Origin: Plasmodiophora brassicae
Taxonomy: Eukaryota
Reading direction: 5' to 3'
Assembly (NCBI GenBank): GCA_036867785.1
Contig: CP145422.1
Location: 124,001 to 188,000 of the forward strand
DNA length: 64,000 bases
The notes under the pieces are model-generated. The model had not been told where the DNA came from. It was given only the letters and a program-made list of their open reading frames with translations, and ran no database searches. The position numbers and the translations under genes are program-made. Below are positions 46,101 to 58,547 of the stretch, in pieces (the stretch's first letter is position 1; each line of letters begins with the position of its first letter).

Positions 46101-49100
46101 CGGTCGTTCAGCAGGGTGAACGCGCCGGCGATCCGGTCGGCGATGCAGGCGCTGACGGCCAGGCGCGTCTCCGCCTGCGGGATCAGCCGCATGCGCAACG
46201 TGGCGTAGACGTCGGCGAACGTCACCGACGGGTCGATGGCCTTCGCCAGCACCAGCGACAGGCGCAGGCGCCGGGCGCAGTCCTCCAGCGACTTCACCTG
46301 CCAGGCGACGTCGTCAGCGGTGCGGGCGCGGGGCCGGGCGCCGCCCCCCGAACCTTCTCGATGAACGACGGCGCCAGGTGGTAGCGCAGGCGCGCGAACG
46401 TCCCGTCGATGACGAGCGTGGCGGCGACGACGAGCGCGGCGATGGCGGCGAAGTACAGTGTGTTGCGGCCCTCGATGGCGTCGCCGTAGAACCGCACGTC
46501 GAGCGACCCGGCGACGGTCAGCCACAGCGTCATGATCGTGATGGAGACGCCGGTGATGAACAGGTAGTTGAGCGAGAACGTCCCCGACTGCTGCATGACC
46601 TTGAAGTTGGCCGTGCAGGTCGCGGCGACGTACACGAGGATGCCGGTGGCGTACAGGCTGCCGACCGTGTTGTTGTCCAGGGCGGACGTCTGCAGCAGCG
46701 CGGGCGTCTTGGTGAACCCCATCGACTCCAGCGCGTTGATCGACGCGAAGCACAGGACGAACACGACCATGCCGTGCAGGATGCCGTTCGCGACCGCGCG
46801 CAGCGTGTGCCCGATGCCGAACTCGCTGCGCTTCGTGCCCTGTTTCGCCACGTTAGCCTGGGGCATGGACGATCCCGACACACGTACGCCATAGAAGTAG
46901 ACGCGCGCGTCCGCGTCGCACGTGTCGTCCTGGACGTCGCGGTCACGGGCGCCCAGCACCAGCAGCGTCAGCGTCGTCATGAACAGGTTGAACACGTCGA
47001 CGAGGACCTCGGGCATGTAGAAGACGCCGCTGAACCCGTCGAACAGGCCGTGGACGAACATGCAGATCGGGACCAGCATGACCTTGTAGGTGCAGATGCG
47101 GGCGACGAGGCACAGCCGATGGTAACTCCAGTGGCCGTGCACGAGCACGAGCCGCGGCAGCATGTGGAACCGGGGGATCGTGTAGTCCGCCATCAGCACC
47201 GCCTCGTTCGCGTTCGTCAGCGACACGTTGCCGACGGCGACGCCGACGTGCGCCTCCCGCATCATGGCGATGTCGTTCGCCGACCTGGCGACGCCCAGCG
47301 TGATCGCCTGTGGCGCTCCCCGGTTAGAACGTCAGCGGGCCAGCGCGCGTCAATGCGCACCTGATCGGCGACGATCCATCGCAGGCAGTAGACGACGCGA
47401 GCGAGGTGGGCGCGCAGGCGGGCGATGTGCAGGCGGGCGCGGGCGCGTACGCCGACGCCAGGCTGCTGCAGGGCGTCGTGGACGTCGCGCAGGGTCTGCT
47501 CGGCGATGTCGACCCGCAGGTGGCCGCCGCGCGATTTCACGAACCGGATCATGCGGCGCTTCTGGGCGGGCGAGCACGACCCGACAATGATGCATTCGCT
47601 GCGGTCGCACAAGGCGAACATGATCGGCGACATGACGCTGTCGTTCAGGACGAGGTCCATGGCCGTGCTGTCCATGATCACGGCGGTCGGCTCCGCCTTG
47701 GGCTGGTTCAGGTACCTGGCCGCGTAGTCGTTCAGCTCGACGCGCAGCCGGTCCGACACCCGCTTCATCTTCTTCAGGTACGCCTTGTCGGACAGCTCGG
47801 TGGCGGCCCGGTCCGCCATGGCCGCCGCGTGGATCTCGTCGAACGTCTTCTCCGGGGCCGGGTTCCTGGGGTCCACGTCGGGGTCGTCGGGCACCGGGTC
47901 GCCGACGCGCCTCTCGTTGCGCAACGTGGCGCTGACCTTCCCCGGGGCCGCGTCCAGGTCGCTGAACAGCGTCAGCTCGTGCATCGACGGGCGCACCAGC
48001 CCGGTGGCGTACGCGGCCGACGCGGCCATCTCGGTCGAGTCGCAGCTGGACACCCAGATCTTGATCCCGGACGACTGCAGCCGGGTCAGGGCGGGCGGCA
48101 CCGCCGCCGGGATGACCTCCTCGAAGGCGACCAGGCCGACGAACCTCAGGTTGCACTCGATCGTGTCGGCCAGGTACTGCAGTGTGGATAGGACGGGGCT
48201 GGCGTCGACCTGCAGGAGGCGCTCGCGCGTGATGGGGTCCTCGTCGGCCCACTGCGGGTGCTTCTGGTCCAGGTTGCGCGCCTTGAGGTACAACGGGTAC
48301 CAGACGTTGTAGAAGAAGCAGAGCGGGACCTTGCGTTTGGCGAAGACCATGGTGCTGAACCCCTGCTGGCGGTACCGCTCGATGGCACCGGTGACGTCGT
48401 ACGGCTGGCGGTGGACGTCCACGCATCGGTCGATCATGTCCCGCGCCCAGCCTTTGCAGTACACCCAGACGTCCTCGTGGCCGTACCTGACAACGACGGA
48501 CGACCGCCCGCGCGACGATATCGAACTGATGGCCAGGACCTCGATTTCGGCGGACGTCTTCGCGATACGATGCCCCTGGTTGATCGGGACGATCGCCAGG
48601 TGGATGACGGGGCCTTTGCGCGCCTTGAACTCGTACCCGAACGACTTGGCCGATTCGACCATGGCGACCTCGTACGGCGACGACGACCGGTACGAGAACT
48701 CCTTGTTGTAGAAGTGCTCGTCGCGCTTGATCTTCGCCTCCAGGTCGAGCTTGTCGCGCGGCAGCTTGATCCTCGACGTCGCCGAATGGCAGATCGCCAT
48801 CAGCGTCAGCATGAATTTCGCGTTCGCCGAACGGGCGTCGTCCCCATGCCAAACGTCGTCCACAATGTCGGCGAACTGCTGGTTCTCTGCGACGACGCGT
48901 GAGCGAGCGCACGACGGCACACCCGCCCAGGACGTGCAAATGACGTACCTCTGACGAACGTGTGCTTGCCGGCGTATTCGAGGCCGTTGACGTTGATGCG
49001 GGCCACCTGGACGTTGCCGGACGTCATCAGGCCGTTCTTCTCGCAGAAGATGTGCTCGACCTGGCCGAGGTCGGCGCTGACGTTCGAGTTGATCATGCTG

Positions 49101-51438
49101 GCCTTGTTGGTGAGCTTGTGGGCAATCTCGCGCATCTTCGCGTCGAGCGTCACCGAGACGCCCTGCGACGTGGCGACCAGTTCGAGGATGACCCAGACGG
49201 AGACCTCCAGGACGCCGTACATGAAGAACCACCAGCTATATGGGATCAGCAGCTGACTGGTTTCGCTCGCGCCCAGATCCATGTGCCAGAAATTCACAAA
49301 GTTGACGGGCTGCGACAGGCCCAGGAACTCGATCCACGACGGCAAGTTGATGAAGAACTGGCCTTGCGAGAACAGCGTGTTGCCAACGACGCTGAACGCG
49401 GCGAAGAACGAGGACAGGCCCAGAAGGAACACGGCGACGCGATCCAGGGCTTTCATCAGGTGCGAACGTTTGACGGGGCACCACCCGTTGATCCAGTTCT
49501 GGGCGACCTTCGTTTCGTGGCCGGCGTACACGATGACGCCAATCGCCGACGCCGTGTACGCCAGCTTCGTCCCACGAAGCACCAGGTTCATCATCGACAG
49601 TTTCTCCACGTGCGAATACGGCTTCCCCGGGTCTCGCCCCAACTCCTCCTTCAGCACCCGCTTCACCTGCCCCGGGACGTTCATTCGATGTGCACCAGTA
49701 CAGATTCCGCCTTCCACAGAACCTTTGGCAGCTGCTCTAACGGCATGCCTTTGCAGCGTTCCGTTTCTTCCCGTTGCATCTGACCGGCCGCTTCTCGGAC
49801 GTCGACCCCGATCGACCCTGTGAAGGTCTCCAGATCCGGACCAGGTCTATCGCATCTCAGCGCGCCTGTTGGGCACGTGAGGTGAACAGCACGGGCAACG
49901 ACTTTCGACTTGGACCGACCTTTCAGACGGCGCAGGCAGGTCCCCGTTTTGAAGATCGACGTGATGTCCACCGTGCGCTTCAGTTTGTAATTGCAATCCC
50001 TAGAAATCCAGCGGCGGCCGAGTGAGTACGTTGCCACAACCAGGAATGGGTCGGTACCCGTCAATGTTGGAAGTGTCGACGAAACATTCGCTATCGTGCT
50101 GGCCTTCGAGAGGTTCGGTTGCGAGCAGGATCATATCGGCCGGGAAGCTCTCGCCATCGAGGACTTTGACAATGTCGCCAACGACCATGTCGCCCCAGGC
50201 CATCAGGACGAAGCTGCTCATCGTGGACACCGCCCGCAACTGATTCGGGTCCAGGACCAGCGAGCGCTTCATGTTCTCTTGTCCGTCTCCCCAGGCACGC
50301 TTCAGGTCTTCCGACAGCTCCTTGACCATGCGTACGCCGACCCAGATCAGAAACTGGTATTCCAGCGACAGGAACGACGACTGGTAGGACACGGGATTGT
50401 ACATCTGCAGAGGACGTCACGGGCGATTCCTCAGGGGATAGCCCTGCCGACCGATGCTTACGTTCACCAAGATCAGGACGATGAAGATGATGTTGATGGG
50501 TAGCAGCATCTGTTCTAGGAGACACAACGGGACGAACGTCGCCACGCTATACCTCGCCGTCTGCATGGAGTTCCGCGCGAACCTGTCACGAACGTAAATC
50601 GTACTGGCCCTGGATAGATGAGCGTATTGTGGGTACCCCTGGGCGCCGTTCCGCAGCCTGTCATCAAGCATGACGGTTCTCACGGCTGCCCCGTTCGCTT
50701 GCAGGATCGTGTCGTCGAATTTCGGCTTCTTCCTAGCGTTCAGCACCATTTTCTATCCCGGCGAGTCAAGAAACGGTGAACGGACGAGATGAACGCCGGC
50801 GCCCCCCGACCTTCTCGAACGCGATCATTCCCTTGGCATGGCTCTCCTCCAGATCAAGGTAGCTGAAGCTGCCGTCGGACTCATGGCCGCTCTTCCTATC
50901 CAGAGAGATCAGAGAAATGGGCATTCACGACCACCGGATCACGTCCTACGAGTGTTCGGTAAGCGTGTCGTGCTCCACCGAATCATGGCCGCCACCTCCA
51001 TGACGCGTTGACTGATGATCGCCACCGCCATGCTGCTGGGGGTGGCGGTTTCCACCACCGTGACGAGGCGATTGCTGGTTATGCTGTTCGACGTGTTACA
51101 CGTCGCTGTTCGGAACCGTCTTCCCGTACGTACCTGCGCCTCAGAGTCACGCCCGCCTTGACCTACGCATCCGTATCAGCAACCGGGTTATGGGTGATCT
51201 TGGCCAAGATCGGACCATGGGCCTTGTAAACGCTGCGGGCATCGGCAGTGGATCGCAATTGGTCGCTTCGGCTCTGGAAGGCGTGGGCGTTGCTGTTGCC
51301 CGTGGTAGATGCTGTGTCGGTGAGCCGTGACTTGATGCCCTTCGTCCGATGCTTGAACTGTTGCGCGGCAAGTTGAGCGATCGATTCGCTTTTCTTCTTC
51401 GCCGCCTTGGCGGTCACGTTCGCGCTTGCATTGGACAT
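40103..51438 (-). CDS. Giant P4-ATPase-like / class III nucleotidyl cyclase-like / triple-DEP fusion protein with degenerate catalytic motifs (start uncertain)
   Basis: P4-ATPase motifs FARNSMQTARYS, VGDIVKV..FPADMILL, LVLRGTKL, YAGHETK, LGQVEHIFCEKNG, SSSPYEVAMV, CSPAQK, HGHWSYHR (about 46340-50600); TM blocks; cyclase-like domains about 44125-44690 and 40890-41670; three DEP repeats about 43080-43910; many short introns. Confidence 0.8.
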
Positions 51439-51788
51439 TAGAGACGAACGAGCCCGCCCTTAGCCGGATCCGGGTGGGCCACGACGGCCTAGGGCAGCGT
51501 GTTCCCGGCCAGAGTGATGTCGTCGTTGTTGAACAACGGGACTGTGACTGGTGGCATTTCTGGCGAGTCTGATGAAGTCCATTATTCCATCAGACCCGGT
51601 CACCCGAGGCGCTGACCGGCGCCTGAACCCGCTGAACCAGTCCAAGGATCCGAGAAGACTCACCCCATTCCGCTAACGCACTCGCATTGCTCGGCTGTGC
51701 CTGACAGAGGGAGAAGACGAAAACCGACGCTCGATGATGACACGTTGCAGCAAACATGAGGCGATTCGCACGCAAATTGGATTGGCCC

Positions 51789-52815
51789 TTTATCCCGACG
51801 GCATGGGATCGCTGGAGACGGCCGTGGACTTCCAGAACCTCTCGAGAACGTAGTACAGTATGACGAGGAGCAGGTCGCAGACGACAACCATGAGGTATGT
51901 GGACGCAGCCAGCGCCTCAAACGGCGGACATCGAAAGCCTAATCGCAACACCGGTCAACTCGAAACCGGTGCAGAAGAGATTTGTCGTCCCAAAGCCCCG
52001 TACACAGTGATATCGTGGACAATACGCCGCCGAGAATGTCGAATGCTAGAAACGTTATCGACAGACCAATAACGCGACGAGTTTCTGCAGACGTCGGGAA
52101 ATAAGAGCAGCCGTGGCAGGGTGCGTGATCATGCCACCTCCTTACGGTAGATTTCCCAGTACTGGGGCACGAAGCCGATGAAGATCAGCGCGGTCGATGT
52201 ATACCCTGGCACATCGACTGGCCAGGTGACGCCCGACCGCCTTGTCGACTGAGGTTCACCGTCAGCAGCAGCGCTTGCGACGTGCGGTCCGACCCCACCA
52301 ACATCGATAAAGTAGGTGGCCAGAGTGACAACCGCTGCGGACGCCAAGACAGCGGCGACCCCGACCAGCGCCGATAAACGCGCTCTGCGCTTGTCGGCAG
52401 GGAGGGCATCAGTCCGCCCGTAATACAGCGCCTGCAGGATGCAGACGAGGGAGAACACGGAGAACAGCACTGGCTGCGTTTTCAGCGGCCACGCCAGGCC
52501 GATGAGGATGGCGAATACGAAATAGACAAGACCGGATAGGTACTGTCGTGTGCACAACAACGTCGGATGGCCAGACCCTGTTATGCATCGTGGACTACAT
52601 TACCCAGAGTGTCAACATGCCTTGCGAAACGCCTACACGCGTCCGAACATCGATTATGAGGGCAATCCCGTATCCGCACGCGACCTGCCTTGCGCGGTCT
52701 TGTTCCTGTACGTCTCCAGGGCCTGCGGCACTAGCTGGAACGACCAGAACACGGTGCCCACCAGACCGACGACCGTCTCCAGGACCGGGAAGGACGGCGG
52801 CAGGTCGCACGACAT
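51789..52815 (-). CDS. PQ-loop repeat membrane protein
   Basis: FWSFQLVPQALETYRNK and IGFVPQYWEIYRKE; multiple TM segments; introns. Confidence 0.75.
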
Positions 52816-52984
52816 CGGTCAGAGGCGCCCCCCTCGCCGTCGCTCCCCCACTTACGGCCGACCTTCGTCACGAAAAACGACGACAACAAGTTAAAGTGAA
52901 ATTTCATGAATTGCGGAAACTCTCTAATGGCAGCTACGGCACGTTTCTGCCTTCGCCGGAATCGTTCTGGGCGCCGTTTCCTTT

Positions 52985-54833
52985 TTACTGGACAAGCCGC
53001 TTGTGGCAAAGGCTGGACACGGCGAGGGCGAACGCAGTCATGATGGAGAACGGCGCGCCGAAATCGATGTGGTATACGCCTGTGCGCGTGCGCATCAGTG
53101 CACACGTGACGGGTGCCGACATCGTGTGATGGGTCATCACCTTTGGAGAGCTTGCCGAACTGCAGCAGGATCGAATCGGCTATCGATGGGCAGGGTGTTG
53201 AGTGCGACGAACCGGTGAGATTGCGGGTGACATACGCGTGTGGGTTCGAATCATCTGGAAGTTCTTCTTGCTGGCCGCCTTGACGTACTGCCCAAAGTCG
53301 AGGCAGTGCCCGCCGATGGCTGACGAGCGCTGTCAGTGTATCTGTGTTGAACGAGCGCCTAAAACCATCACATCACCATGGTTCCAGACGGGAGGCTTGT
53401 TGACGATATGGCTGTCATGAGTCATCTCCACCACAATGACTCACGCCACTCACCTTCCGGCATCTAGCCACCTTCCGGCACCAAGCCACGTTCCGAGACC
53501 AAGGCCTTCACCAGCCGCGCCCTGGTCCTCAGTCAGCATTCTCATGTCTACTCGATACACCGCGTGATCGGTAGTCATCGCACACTGTCGTGCACCAGCG
53601 TTGTCAGGTAGTTCTCCACAATGGCATTCCGGACGACGCGTCCTTTCGTTCAGTGTCCGGTCCAGATCGATTGTGAACTGCCTCGGCTCGGCACCCATCA
53701 TGTTCGTTTGGTATGAGATCACGCAGAGTTCCACGCGCCCGTGCACGGGCACGGGGACCTCTTCGCCAGCAACACGGACACCATCATCGTACAATGTGAA
53801 CATCGTCCCCGGCAAGTTCCCGACGAGGCTCCCAGCGTAACTCGCACCGTGTCGCTCGCATCCTTCCGTCCCTGCGCTGAACACGAACTCGGATGTCGTT
53901 GTACTGTACGTGGCAACCAACAACGGGTCATCGTTCTGGGACAGCGTGTACGATAGGCGGTCCGGGGAGCGCTCCACACGCCCGAAGAACCTTTCTTTCT
54001 GTTGCCTGGCAGGAGATCGTTGGCGAACAGATCCACTTAAGGCGAGAAGGCCGGACGACGTACTGTGTCAGTAGAACCGTCCTTGCATGGGACCTGGTGC
54101 CGGCCAGGAGGATAGATGAGTACGGGATCGAGAACGCGCCTTGTTTCAACGCATCGCCGGTGGCGATGATGGAGTTGGTATCACCCCGCTCAACATAATG
54201 CAAGGCGAGCCAGCGATAGCAATGCTCCAGCAGGTCAACGTCGTTCCACAGGCTGGCATAGTGCCCAGCCTGCATTATGGTCGACCTGGATAACCTGTCG
54301 ATGACTGTTTTTCTGCATTCGGCGAACAGCGCATCCAGACCGAGCAGACGGCTCGTGATCAGGGCGGGCAACGCATCCGCGTCATGGTCGACCTTGAAAC
54401 AATGGCACCGATCAAGACCTGCTCATCGTTCGCGACGTAAGCGAGGAGACCGGCATTGCTAACGACAGAAAAATACTGCTGATGATGCTCAGAAATACGA
54501 AGAACGCTCGATGTGAAGGAACGAAGACGTCGAATGTGCCCCGGGGGATACCCGGCATGTCTCGAAGCACGTTATCGCGAATGGCAATTCTGGCTGCGCG
54601 TGAGAATGTCGCCATTTGTACGCAAGTGTCACTGATTCCCGACACGCTCGACTGTGTTCGGCGTGAGCGGGAGATCAGGGCAGACGGAGGCGATCACGAA
54701 CCAACGCCTTTCCTGGCTGGGCTCGTCGCCGTCGCGTTCTCAAGTTGATCACTGTCGGACACCCTTCGTCATGTCTCGTCTGTTCGCCGTTCCGAACCAG
54801 GAGCCGGTAGAAGGCAGGCTCGCCTGACGCCAT
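52985..54833 (-). CDS. Tubby-like protein with N-terminal BTB/BACK-like region
   Basis: Tub domain: GTMFTLYDDG, ELCVISYQTN, NKPPVWN, CLDFG..ASKKNFQ, HIDFGAPFSIMTAFALAVSSL; N-terminal LDALFAECRK..DLLEHCYRWL. Confidence 0.75.
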
Positions 54834-55075
54834 CTCTGTACTAGCAGCAAGCGTAACCCGACGAATGCCCCAACGCGGGGACCGTCCCAGAAAAGGCCAG
54901 CAGAACCTGCAGTCATACACGTCGAAACAAAACGGAAGAACCCGTGGCTGCACTCGCGGCTCGTCGTAGCTGCAGCTGGCGAGCTGCACCCTCAGCGCCT
55001 GACGTGGTTACGTAGCTCCAAGGCATGTTGCAGCAGTGGACTTACAGCTGCAGTCACGTTCACTGCGTCTACAGT

Positions 55076-55160
55076 GGTGAACTGCACCCCCACCCTGGTG
55101 AACTGCACCCCCCACCCTAGTGAACTGCACCCCACCCTAGTGAACTGCACCCCCTACCCA
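55076..55160. repeat. 21/22-bp minisatellite RGTGAACTGCACCCCCACCCT, 4 copies
   Basis: Direct read; lies between the divergent Tubby and PPR genes. Confidence 0.9.
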
Positions 55161-55240
55161 CAGCGCCGCGTGGCCCGTGGGCGTCTTCACGGAGGGCACT
55201 GCGCGCGACAATGCGCCACGGCGACAAGCGCCATGCCGTC

Positions 55241-56698
55241 ATGGCGCGACTGCTCGTCGTTGCGTCGCGACCGTTCCACGCGACGACACGACCATCGTCG
55301 ATGGTGGACGATTTCCTGCGCAGGCCCTCGATCGGGCTGGCCGCCCGGATCCTTCTGCTCCGGGATGTCAGGCCGGATGACGGATGGACGGTGTTCTGTC
55401 GGGTGATCGATTGCCGGCTGGGCCCACGTGCGCCGTTCTTCCAGCGCATGATGGAATTCTGTAAACGGGCGCTACCCAGCAAGGCGCCCGACGTAATGCG
55501 CGCCGCCGTCTGTAATGGCATTCCTGTGAGAAGGGACGAAACGCTGTTCATGACGTTCCTGGCGGCGTGCAAACTCGCGAACCCGCCCGCTATGAAAGAG
55601 GCCATCGACCTGTACCGACAGTGCGGCCCTCGATCGCGTAACGTCATCAACAACCTCGCCGTGATGTGCCGCGCGTCCAAGCACCCGGAATCGGTCATGT
55701 TCCTTTTGTCCGACGCCATTGACAACAACGTTCAGGTCGACGCTCCCCTATTCTCCATGTTCGCGGCCGCTTGCGCTGAAGAAGAACGGCTCAGTTCGTC
55801 GGCCGGGGACGCCGCCGAACGCCTTCTCGGTCTGGTTCTTTCCAAGGGTGTTGCTATGCCCAACATCAGGGCACACGATCTCGCCAGTCTCATGCAAGCG
55901 CTGCTGCGCCAGGATCGGTTCGACGCCGCCATCAAGGCGTTCCAACTGACGAACGCGCTGGATCGCCCGCCGTCGAAGCAGATGTGCACGGTTCTCGTCA
56001 CCGAGTTAACCAGAGGCGAATGCGTTCCAGAGGCCATGGCCGTCGCTGATCTCATGTCTGGACGAGGCGTCCCTTTCACCGAGGGTGCATTGACATCGTT
56101 GGTTGTCGTTTGTGGCAGTCATGGCGCCTTCGCTTCACTCCAGAAGCTGCACGAATACGCAAGCGGGGGCCATGCGTTGTCGAAGAACGTTGGTGTCATC
56201 AATGCGTTCATCGCCGCCTATGGCAGATGTTGCCATCCGAACGAGGCGTACAAGGTGTTCCGGTCCGTTGCCATGCCAGACCCATCCACGTATGAAGCCA
56301 TGATTACGGCGTTCGTCAGGAACGGGATGGCCGACAGAGCTGACGAGGTCCTGGACGAATTCAAGGCTACAACTGGCGCGGTGACGAGGGAGGCGCTCGG
56401 CAACATAATGTCAGCGTTTGCCGAAGCGGGTCTCGTTGCCAGCGCCATGCGGCTGTTTGTCGAGATGGTGGAGCGTGACCTGCGTGCGGGCACTGCCGAG
56501 CTGGTCTGCCTTGTATCTGCCTGCGGCCGTAATCGCGACCTGGACACGCTCCACAAACTGCGACAGTTCGCCAAGCAGAACGGCCTGTTATCGGGCGAAC
56601 CGGTCACCTCTGCTTTCGCCTCCGGGTACCACCAGTGCCATGGCTCCACACCATCACGCGACGCGCCCGCGTTCGTTCGCGATCGGGAAGTCCCGTGA
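55241..56698 (+). CDS. PPR protein without DYW domain, paralog of 25536-27914
   Basis: Presequence-like MARLLVVASRPFHATTR; PPRs INAFIAAYGRC, YEAMITAFVRNG, GNIMSAFAEAG; shared N-terminal block PFFQRMMEFC. Confidence 0.85.
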   Translation: MARLLVVASRPFHATTRPSSMVDDFLRRPSIGLAARILLLRDVRPDDGWTVFCRVIDCRLGPRAPFFQRMMEFCKRALPSKAPDVMRAAVCNGIPVRRDETLFMTFLAACKLANPPAMKEAIDLYRQCGPRSRNVINNLAVMCRASKHPESVMFLLSDAIDNNVQVDAPLFSMFAAACAEEERLSSSAGDAAERLLGLVLSKGVAMPNIRAHDLASLMQALLRQDRFDAAIKAFQLTNALDRPPSKQMCTVLVTELTRGECVPEAMAVADLMSGRGVPFTEGALTSLVVVCGSHGAFASLQKLHEYASGGHALSKNVGVINAFIAAYGRCCHPNEAYKVFRSVAMPDPSTYEAMITAFVRNGMADRADEVLDEFKATTGAVTREALGNIMSAFAEAGLVASAMRLFVEMVERDLRAGTAELVCLVSACGRNRDLDTLHKLRQFAKQNGLLSGEPVTSAFASGYHQCHGSTPSRDAPAFVRDREVP

Positions 56699-57278
56699 CT
56701 ATTATCCGCGCTGCCGTGAAGACATACTGGGACAGGGACGAGCCTGGAAACGGGCGCGCGAATGGCGCCGTCCAGGCGGTGACGGTCTCTCGTGTGCACG
56801 TCACTGCGTCTCTTGCTTCTGCAGTGCTCCGACAGTCGAAGTTATGTACCAGGAGAAACCTTGAACAAGGGAAGGCCGATAAGAGAAGCCGGGCTGTAAT
56901 CGAGGCACGTGATAATTCACTTGTGCCGTATTCAGGACCGAATTCGTTACTACAACTTGATGGTCAGCGACTCCTGCGAAATCGTTTGCGGGTCGAGCGT
57001 GTCTTTCCTTAAACAACCGGACTTTATCTAAAATTACGTTTGACCTGCGACATCGGCCGGATTGGACCAAGCCGGCAAATTCCCTCACGACGAACGGATT
57101 GCCAGCCGGGGAAAGCACCGCAACCGGCGCAACGGCAAGCATACGAGACATCGCACGCCAGTTCCAGACCGACGAACGGAGGCTGCTGCTGGACTATTTC
57201 TGGTTGTGCCGGTAGCCCGGTACCGGAGCTGCAGTTCGTCACTGTCCACGGAGTTGTATAGTCCGACGCGTTGTCGCG

Positions 57279-58547
57279 ATGGTGCACGAACCGTTGTCGG
57301 GTGGCCTGGCGAATATGTCGCCGGACGACAGGTTCGACCTGGTTCGGTCGATCGGTGAGGAGTGCGTCCAGGAGGACGAGCTTCGCGAACTGCTCAAGAC
57401 GCGAACGTCCTTCACGGCGTACGACGGGTTCGAACCGTCCGGCAGGATGCACATCGCGCAGGGCATTCTGAAGGCCATCAATGTCAACAAGCTGACGCGT
57501 TCGGGGTGCACGTTCAAGTTCTGGGTCGCTGATTTCTTCGCCAAGTTGAACCTGAAGATGGGCGGCGACATTGAGAAGATTCGCGTGGTCGGACGCTACT
57601 TCATCGAGATTTGGAAGGCGGCCGGCATGGACATGACGAACGTGGAGTTCCTGTGGGCCAGCGACATGATCAACGCGGACCCGGAGAAGTACTGGCTCCT
57701 GGTCATGGACATTGCCACAAAGTTCAACCTGACGCGCATTAAGCGCTGCTGCACGATCATGGGTCGGGATGAATCGGACGAGATGCCCGCGTCCCAGATC
57801 CTGTACCCGTGTATGCAGGCCGCCGACATCTTCTTCCTCAATGTCGATATCTGCCAGCTCGGAATGGACCAGCGCAAAGTCAACATGCTCGCCAGGGATT
57901 ACTGCAACCTGCCCAGTATCAAGGTAAGGCCCCTCTTCTTCGTTCCTTCCGTTGACGTTCGTCTAAGTCGAGTCTGCTCTCCCAGTATAAGAAGCCCATC
58001 ATCCTGTCGCACCACATGCTGATGGGTCTCAAGCAGGGCCAGGCGAAGATGAGCAAATCCGATCCCGATTCCGCGATCTTCATGGAGGACACCGTCGAGG
58101 ATGTCAACCGGAAGATCAAGAAAGGTATGACGTGCAACTCGCTTCGGTGTGCGTTTCTCATGGGTGTACACAGCGTTCTGTCCGCCGGCGCCTGCGCCGA
58201 TCGATCGGACGACGGCGAGCGAAGAGGAGATCGCCGCATGGGAGATAGCGGCTGAACTGTCGATCACGACGAACCCGTGCCTGGACTACGTGAAGCACCT
58301 GGTGATCCCCCGGTTCGGGGAGTTCGACGTGCAGCGCCCCGAGAAATACGGCGGCAACAAGACGTACACCGCGTTCGACGACGTCGTTGCCGACTACAGA
58401 TCCGGCGCCCTGAACCCGGCAGACGTCAAGGACAACCTGAAACGCCTGATCAACGTCATGATCGAGCCTGTTCGCGTCCACTTCCAGACCGACCCAGGCG
58501 CCAGAGACCTGCTGGCTCGCGTGCGCGAGATCACCGGCAAGAAATAA
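57279..58547 (+). CDS. YARS: Tyrosyl-tRNA synthetase, cytosolic type
   Basis: YDGFEPSGRMHIAQG, YPCMQAAD, LGMDQRKVNMLA, KMSKSDP; 2 introns. Confidence 0.95.

Noticed and set aside
56801-57151. 116-aa minus-strand ORF between PPR and TyrRS
   Set aside because: No recognisable motif; cannot be distinguished from UTR or promoter sequence
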